Of a stretch of DNA of 64,000 nucleotides, positions 56,560 to 64,000 are shown one piece after another. Position numbers and translations under genes: made by a program. The stretch is from Lama glama (taxonomy: Eukaryota). How positions within the stretch are numbered: the stretch's first letter is position 1; every line of letters starts with the position of its first letter. A model generated the notes under the pieces. The model searched no databases. It was given only the letters and a program-made list of their open reading frames with translations, and had not been told where the DNA came from. The stretch is from contig CM052816.1 of NCBI GenBank assembly GCA_028534125.1, positions 66,528,001 to 66,592,000 on the forward strand. The letters run 5' to 3'.

Positions 56560-57270
56560 TTCTCCATTTAGAAAAAATAATCTTAATTCTACCATGTGGA
56601 GATAACACTGTTAACATTTAGTAGTGTTACCTCCTGGATATACATACAGACAGACATGTGCCTTATATCAACGCTTGTGTACTTGAAATCTTGATCTATA
56701 TTCAATTTTGTACCTTGGTTTTTTTTTCACATTATAAAGTGAGGAATTCTCTATTCTCTCCCTGTCATATAGTCTCAAAAACATGATTTTTTTAAGTGGC
56801 TGCATAATACTGCATCATATTACAAACTATGTTCTTAAAACTCACTATTGATAGATGTTTTAGTTGCTTTTAACATTTGGCCATTTTAAACAAGACTGTA
56901 ATGAACAACCTTACATGTGATTTTTTTTTTTTACTTTTGTTACTTATGAATATTTTCTTAGAACAGCTTAGCAGAGATAAACCTTCTGGATCAAAGAGTT
57001 AGTTTTTCCATGCTGCCAAATTGCCCTTCTGAGGGATAGGACTGAGTTTTAATCCCACTGGCAGTGAGTATGTAGGTTTCTGCCATATAATGTTAGTCAA
57101 GTTAAAAAAAAAATTGAAGTAATTTTCACAGGGAAAAAAGTCTTTAAGTCTTACTAAATCTTACATCTCTTTAAGGGGTGAGATTGAACATCTACTGCAT
57201 ATATTAATTTGGCTATGCTTTATTTCTCTTATAAATTTCTTGGGTGTGTATATTTTACTCATAGATATTT
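56560..57270 (-). mobile_element. Degraded L1ME-like fragment
   Basis: ggctgcataatactgcatc...actattgatagatgttttagttgc...actgtaatgaacaacctt. Confidence 0.6.
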
Positions 57271-59069
57271 TAATTACTTATTACTTGTGTATTATTTCTT
57301 CTTGTGTTTTTCATAAAATGGATTACTGATATTTCTTGACGGTGACATAACTGTGATCTTTCTGTGATATTTCTATGAGAAGAGCAAATAGTAAACCCCG
57401 TGCAGGAAGCATTAAGATTTAGCAAAATTTTAGGTTGAACTTGGAAGGTGTTACACTCTTGACATTAATGTTTCTAAAGATCATATGTCTCCTTTGATAT
57501 GTTTTCTTCATAAATGACATGGACTAAGCCACGTAGGGTCCATATTTTTCCTTAGGTCATACGTGTACTGTGAACAACACTAAACTTTCACGGAGCATTA
57601 TTACTCCTTGAATTGCTTCCTCAGTCTGTGTATTGCAGCTTTGCAGTCTCTCAACAATGTGTCTTCAGGTCCCTGACTCTGAATGCATATGTTACCCTGA
57701 ACATTTTATACCACTTTCTGAAACTCAAATATTCATGTCTCTTTTTTTCAGCTACTTTGAAAGTCTACTTTATCTAGTTCATAAACTAGAGGCTTTAGGC
57801 ATTTATTGAAATCTGCTTGATGACTCTAATTTCCTTGACATGAAAACAAAGTCTTGCATGAGAATACAGTAGTTTACATTTTTAGTCTAATCACCTATGA
57901 CAAACTAGGTAACTCTTGAATATCTTACTTTTCTCAAACCTACCACTTTAATCATCCCTGTGTTCTCATGAAAAAATCCTAGAATTCCCAGAGAGCTCAT
58001 TTCGAATGGATCCCTTTTAACAGAGTTTAAACATGTTAAATCTAAAGAAGTCACCTTTTCTGATCCTGCTTGCATCTGCTTCTCATTCTCCCCTGACCAG
58101 CTGTATCGAGTAAGATTCCTCATTGTGAAACCAGAAACTGATGATGTCATGTCTGAGAATTTCATTGTTCAGCATTTACAATGGGGAGAAAAGTACTTTT
58201 CCCCCCTCTTTGCTGCTCTTTGAATAAAACACTGCTCTATTTCTCACACTTGCCTAAAATAACTGTGTTCTATGCCTGCTTGTTACTGTGAGAAGAACTC
58301 TACAGGGCTCCCATGAGACCATCTTCTAACACAGCAGATAACTAAGTCAGAGGTATTACGTTTCGAAATTAAAATAGGGGGTGGTTTCTCTCTTAAAGGA
58401 AGATTCCTGTTTACAAAGCCTGAAAAAGGCCAACTATATATCAAGGAATCATTTCTGGCTAGCTTATGGGCAATAAAAATCAGATCAATGAAGGAATGTT
58501 TTGTTAGATTACAATGCATTTCCTTTGGTTGTGTGCTGATGTTTCCTCCAACTTAAAGCCCTAATACTTGGTATCTCAGTAATTTGTTCTGGGACAGACT
58601 CTCTAAGGTAGTCACTATTTGTGCTCAGTCATAAGAGCTGCAATAACCAAGATTTGTCAAGCCTGTGTCTTGCCCTAGCATGGCCTGCACTGGCCCACAC
58701 AGAGCCTTCATGTAACTTACAAACAACCTCACAACCCCTATCTGGTGGGCAGAGGGCTTGACAGGCAATGGTCACTTTGTGTGGATTAAAAAGGGTGATT
58801 CCCCGCTCTGGGCAATTCCAGCCCATACCCAGGCAAGGCCTTGGTGCAACCTTAATATCCACACACAGCCTGGAGTGCTTTATGTGGATTAACACACTTA
58901 ATTGTGAGAATGAGAACTCCACGATTTGAGAACTAATGTTGGAAGCATAGTGAGCTTGAGTGGGAAGGGGTGGAGTCGGAGGGCAAAGGGCACATCCTAA
59001 CTTCCTTAGAGTGCCCCAGAGGGACAGGAACTTAGCCTGCAGAAGAATAAAACTGTCTTCCGTTCATTC

Positions 59070-59950
59070 AGAATGGCCAATAGGCACATGAAAAAATGCT
59101 CAACATTGCTAATTATCAGAAAATTGCAAATCAAAACTACAGTGAGGTATTACCTCACACCAGTCAGAATGGCCATCATTGAAAAGTCTACAAACGATAA
59201 ATGCTGGAGACGTTGTGGAGAAAAGGGAACCCTCATATACTGCTGGTGAGAATATAAATTGGTGCAGCCATTATGGAAAACAGTATGGAGATTCCGCAAA
59301 CTAAAAATAGACTTACCATATGACTCAGCAGTCCCAGTCTGGAGGGGACTCTAATTTAAAAACCCACATACACCCCAATGTTCATAGCAGCACTATATAC
59401 AATAGCCAAAACATGGTAGCAACCTAAATGTCCATCAACAGATGACTGGATAAAGAAGTTGTGGTATATTTACACAATGGAATATTACTCAGCCATAAAA
59501 AGAATAAAACAATGCCATTTTCTGCAACATGGATGGACCTGGAGATTGTCATTTTAAGTGAAGTAAGCCAGAAAGAGGAAGAAAAGTACCACATGATATC
59601 ACTTATATGTGGAGTCTAAAAAGAAGACAAAAATGAACTTATTTACAAAACAGAAACAGACTCAAAAGACACAGAAAACAAACTTATGGTTACCAAGGGA
59701 GGAAAGAGGGGGAAGGGATAAATTGGGAGTTCAAGATTTGCAGATACTAATAACTATATATAAAATAGATCAACAACAAGTTTCTACTATGTTAGGACAG
59801 GGAACTGTATTCAATATCTTGTAGTAACCTATCATGAAAAATAATATGAAAAGGAATGTATGTATGTATATGTATGACTGAAACATGCTATACACCAGAA
59901 ATTGACACAATGTTGTAAACTGACTATATTTCAATTAAAAAAAAAAAGAG
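59070..59950 (+). mobile_element. Young lineage-specific L1 3' end
   Basis: ORF2 C-terminus, 3'UTR closely similar to 38780-39184 and 62938-63450, and polyA. Confidence 0.93.
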
Positions 59951-62937
59951 AAAGAAAGAAATCTTGATGTTTGTGTGAGACACTCAGCAGAGCCCTGGAA
60001 GTGTCTCCCAGCTCAAGCCCAAAGTTCACAACCATGGGAGGGAAGAGGACTGTGACACACTGGGAGAGTAAGCCTAATGAAGGAGTTGTAACAACATTCA
60101 CTAAAACCTCAGAAAGAAGATGGCGAGACATTGTTCACAAGTTATTCACGTTGTGTCATGTGGAGCCATCGTTTGACCTTGACCTAATGAGATTAAGATG
60201 TGATGAGTGCAAGTCATATCCTCAAGTCATCTGTGGACTCCAGAGTTTCCTAGGATTATTTAATGTCTTCAGGTGTGACAGGGAGCAGGGACAGAGTAGG
60301 AAAGGACTGCTGAGGACCATGTGGGGGTTGGAGGATGTCAGATGGGCAGCCACAGTGCCACACAGGCCACATGGGAAGAGTGGCTAGAATGAAGGACATG
60401 ACTGTTGTACCAAGGCAGCAAGCATGTGAGCACCAGCAGAGAGGGGACAGGTCCCATCTGGGAGAGCACGTGATCCCACAGGTCCTGTCACAAGAGAGAC
60501 ACCTGCTTGGGAGTCCAGAGCTAAAGAATTCAGACTGTTCCTCACGTGCTCAGTTGAGCACCTCTTTTTGCTCCTGGAGAGCAGAAGTGCAAACTGAGGA
60601 GACACAGGCTGGGGTACATCAGAAGGATTTGTACAAACAGTAAGAAAGGAGACAGGCATCTTCAGCACGTGAGGGCGATTCCAGCAACTGAAACAGTGCA
60701 GTACGTGGAGGAGCCAGGCCAATCTGCTGAGATGAAGAACTTGTCTTGTGGGACGGTGGAAGTCAAGGTTGGAAGGTAAGTAGGAGCGCTACTGCAGATG
60801 GTGTGAATTTTAGAAAGGGAATTTACATTTTTTGAACATCTTTTTATGTGCTACACAGTTTAATATATATGAGTTAACTCCATTCTCATCATAACCACTG
60901 TTTTTATTGGTTTTATTTATAACTGCAATTTCCATTTTGCTGATGAGAAAAATGACTGAGAGAGATTAAGTAACTTATGAGGTTAGGGGTAGATCAGGGA
61001 TTTGAAGCTATATTTATCTGATTCTAAAACCCAAACACTTCCTATTCCCCCATGCTGTCGGAATTTAACAAGGTGGGAGTGGTTCTAGAGAAACTTGATG
61101 AAATTAATGTCTGTTGAAGATAAAGATAACTCTGGCAAGCAAGATGGACTTAAGCAGAGAGCCTAGGGGAATGGAGTATTTTAGGGAGAAATTTTAAGCA
61201 GAGACTAGACTAGGTTTGTGGCCAAGGGAAAAATAGACTAAGGACATTTCAAGAGAAGAACCAATGAGATTTGGCATCTGGCTGAATAAATGGTGAAGAA
61301 AAGGGAAGAACCAGGTGGAGCAGTGAAAGGAACACTTGATGGGGATTTAGGAAACTGTTAGGTCCATTTCTTGCTTGTAATATGAACAAAATCTCTTTCA
61401 ACTGCATGTCCTTGTCTGAAAAGTAAAGGGCTTGGATTAGGTATCCTTTAAGACTTTACCCAGCTCTGGAATTCTATGCATCTCTGATTCAAAGATGACT
61501 CAAAGTTTGCAAGCCTGGGTGGTTGGAAGAACATGCATTCATTGATGGCAAGGACATGCTCTCATTAATGGAAATACAGTAATAGGAAAGAGGGTGGTTA
61601 TGCCTGAGGATGGAAAAAGCATGTTTTCTGCCTTGTATATGATCATCGTCCCCAATGCACCCTTGCTCATCACTTGATTCCCCACCACAAAAGTCCTTCC
61701 AACTCCTCCCCATTTATCAACCATCTGTCCTCCAGCCACAGCCCCACATTCCAGTCCCTAGTTCCCCCACCTTTTGCTCATACCACAATGAGGAATCCCT
61801 TTCAGTCTTGCAAAGTGTCTATAGTTACACTATAGTCTGTAGTTGCCAATCATTCTATTCTTTCTTCCTGAGAGAAAGGCAAGACCAAGGACATCTTTCT
61901 CACAAATCATTTACTGAAGAAATACTTCTGATTTAATATAGAAAACTATGCATCTTGGAGTCCTCATCACACTAAGATCTAGAGTTTGTGTAGACCCTTT
62001 CTCAAAATATTTGTAATTCCCTTTAACCAAGACATAACACATGGAAATCTAAATTGCCAACATTGATCAATCAGGGAAACTATTACCTTCTTGGAAAAAG
62101 CTTTGCAGTAGAGACTCTCTTAGTGAAATTCTCTAAAGCACTTAAAATATGACTCTAATGTTAAAAATGTTATCAGCATGAGAGTTTTTAGGTATTTCTG
62201 TATGGTGTGACATGTAGTACCCTTGCAAATGGAAAGGTAACCATTGTAATCACATTATTAATCACCCTGAAACAATGTCTGGAGAAAGTAGGCTACACCT
62301 AATGTTCCAAGGTTTTGCTGACTCAAAAGGGTAACAGGAAATATGGTAATAAACTCTTCCCCAACCTTCTAGTTCAGATGAGATTTGCAAAACGACAGGG
62401 AGTGTTGGTCATCAAAATGAATTCTTAGACATCTCTTGACAAAGACATTTTCTCCAATGATTCAGGTTTCAATGCAGACAAAAGAGCCTTGATTTCCACC
62501 ATATTCTTGCACAGCAGGGCTGCAAGGCGGGGTTGTATCCTTCAGTTAGACTCAGTAGCCTGTTGGCTTTTTATAGGTCTTCAGGCATTCCATGTGAGAC
62601 TTTTCCAGTGACACTTGCCTGTCAGACCTGACATTCCATCATTAGAAACTTCCTGTGATGTTAAGGAATTTTGATTCCAAGAATATTGGTTAAATGCAAA
62701 TACCAAATCTGGATAATGAAACACAAATCTGGCATCAATTCCTGCCTCTACCATTTAAAACTTTTGGAGTTTAGATCATTCACATAATGCTTATTGGTCT
62801 CTCTTGGCTTCACAAATTTGCCTCTGGAGAGACCTTCTTAAATGAAGGTCAGCAAAATTATTTGAAATGGTGGAATCAGTATCACCTATATTGTCATGGG
62901 ATCAGAGAGTTGGAGATTAATGTCTAAGAAACTGGTC

Positions 62938-63463
62938 TATCGACAGATTACCAGATAAAGAAGTTGTGGTATATTTATACAATGGAATATTATTCAGTCA
63001 TAATAAATAATAAAATAATTCCATTTGCAGCAACATGGATGGACCTCAAGATTGTCATTCTAAGTGAGTTAAGCCAGAAAGAGAAAGAAAAATACCATAC
63101 GATATCACTTATATGTGGAATTAAAAAAAAAAAGACAAACTTCTTTACAAAACAGAGGCAGACTCACTGACATAGAGAACAAACTTACGATTTCCAGGGG
63201 GCAAAAGGGGTGGGAAGGGAAAAGTTGGGAGTTTGAGATTTGCAGATACTAACTAATATATATATAATAGATAAACAACAAGTTCATACTGTATAGCACA
63301 GGGAACTATATTCAATATCTTGAGGTAATTTATGGTGAAAAAGAATATGAAAACGAATATATGTATGTTCATATATGATTGATGCATTATGCTGTACACC
63401 AGAAATTGACACAACTTTGTAAACTAACTATACTTCACTAAAAAAAATACACGCACACACACA

Positions 63464-63496
<33 letters not shown>

Positions 63497-63506
63497 GTAT
63501 ACAAAA
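62938..63506 (+). mobile_element. Young lineage-specific L1 3' end with a microsatellite in the tail
   Basis: Same 3'UTR family; TSD AAGAAACTGGTC (62926-62937) / AAGAAACTGCTC (63507-63518). Confidence 0.92.
63448..63500. repeat. Compound (CA)n-(TG)n microsatellite
   Basis: Read directly from the sequence. Confidence 0.95.
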
Positions 63507-64000
63507 AAGAAACTGCTCCCATAGAGGCAAAAGAATGTACCAGAGGTCACACCATTTTCACAGTGGAGTGACCAGGTCTTCAAACTGTGGTCCAACTTGC
63601 ATGAGCACATGAGCTGGGAAAGAGCAGAGGAGCACTGCAGTGCTAGGTCCACTGTCAAGCTTAGAAAGTCTTAAATAACCGTAGTAAAAAAAATAACACA
63701 AGAGTATGTTGAAAGACCAGAGGGAAAGTGAAAACTGGAACTTCTGAAATTTAGACATAGGTCACTATCACTTAAGCTAAGCTCAGGAGTGGGTAAACAG
63801 ATGCAAACCTATATTCTGACATCTCACAAAGATGCTCTTCTTGGGATCCACTCAGGAGGGGGGCCCCCTTTGCAGGTTTGGGTGCTTTGCATATTACAGC
63901 AATTATCTTCTTTAAAGATGAAAGCAGATGCTTTATCTTGAATCTTTCCGGTGGAAGGGGAAGTAGCAAGATTCCAGGGCAGTCGTATTGTATAACTTTT

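Noticed and set aside
59971..60722. 138, 102 and 112 aa ORFs downstream of the L1
   Set aside because: No recognisable domain, partly non-ATG starts, and partial overlap with degenerate L2-like sequence.

Overview
This is eutherian (mammalian) genomic DNA, not a prokaryotic accessory region. The only protein-coding gene I can support is a complete, intact PLK2 (polo-like kinase 2 / SNK) on the + strand: 14 coding exons from 22161 to 27401, all introns GT-AG, 2058 nt = 685 aa plus stop. It has a CpG-island/TATA/CRE promoter, a perfect p53 response element about 1.6 kb upstream of the ATG, and a 3'UTR with miR-27/128/126 seed sites, an ARE, a CPE-like motif and two AATAAA signals. The rest is repeat-rich intergenic DNA (L1, L2, MIR, ERV1/ERVL/MaLR LTRs, hAT and Tc1/mariner relics) with a 500-N assembly gap at 34069-34568. 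The youngest L1 3' ends and the absence of recognisable Alu, B1, Bov-tA, PRE-1 or SINEC elements suggest a camelid or related artiodactyl (inference only). I found no convincing previously undescribed biological system. The best leads are regulatory or structural: decoy splice sites and an RBFOX motif in PLK2 intron 2, a perfect DR4 element in a motif-dense block about 30 kb downstream, an overlapping HSE/TEAD site, a second p53-like site with AP-1, three 5'-inverted L1 insertions and several hairpins. Repeat family names and boundaries come from visual recall of consensus sequences and are approximate.
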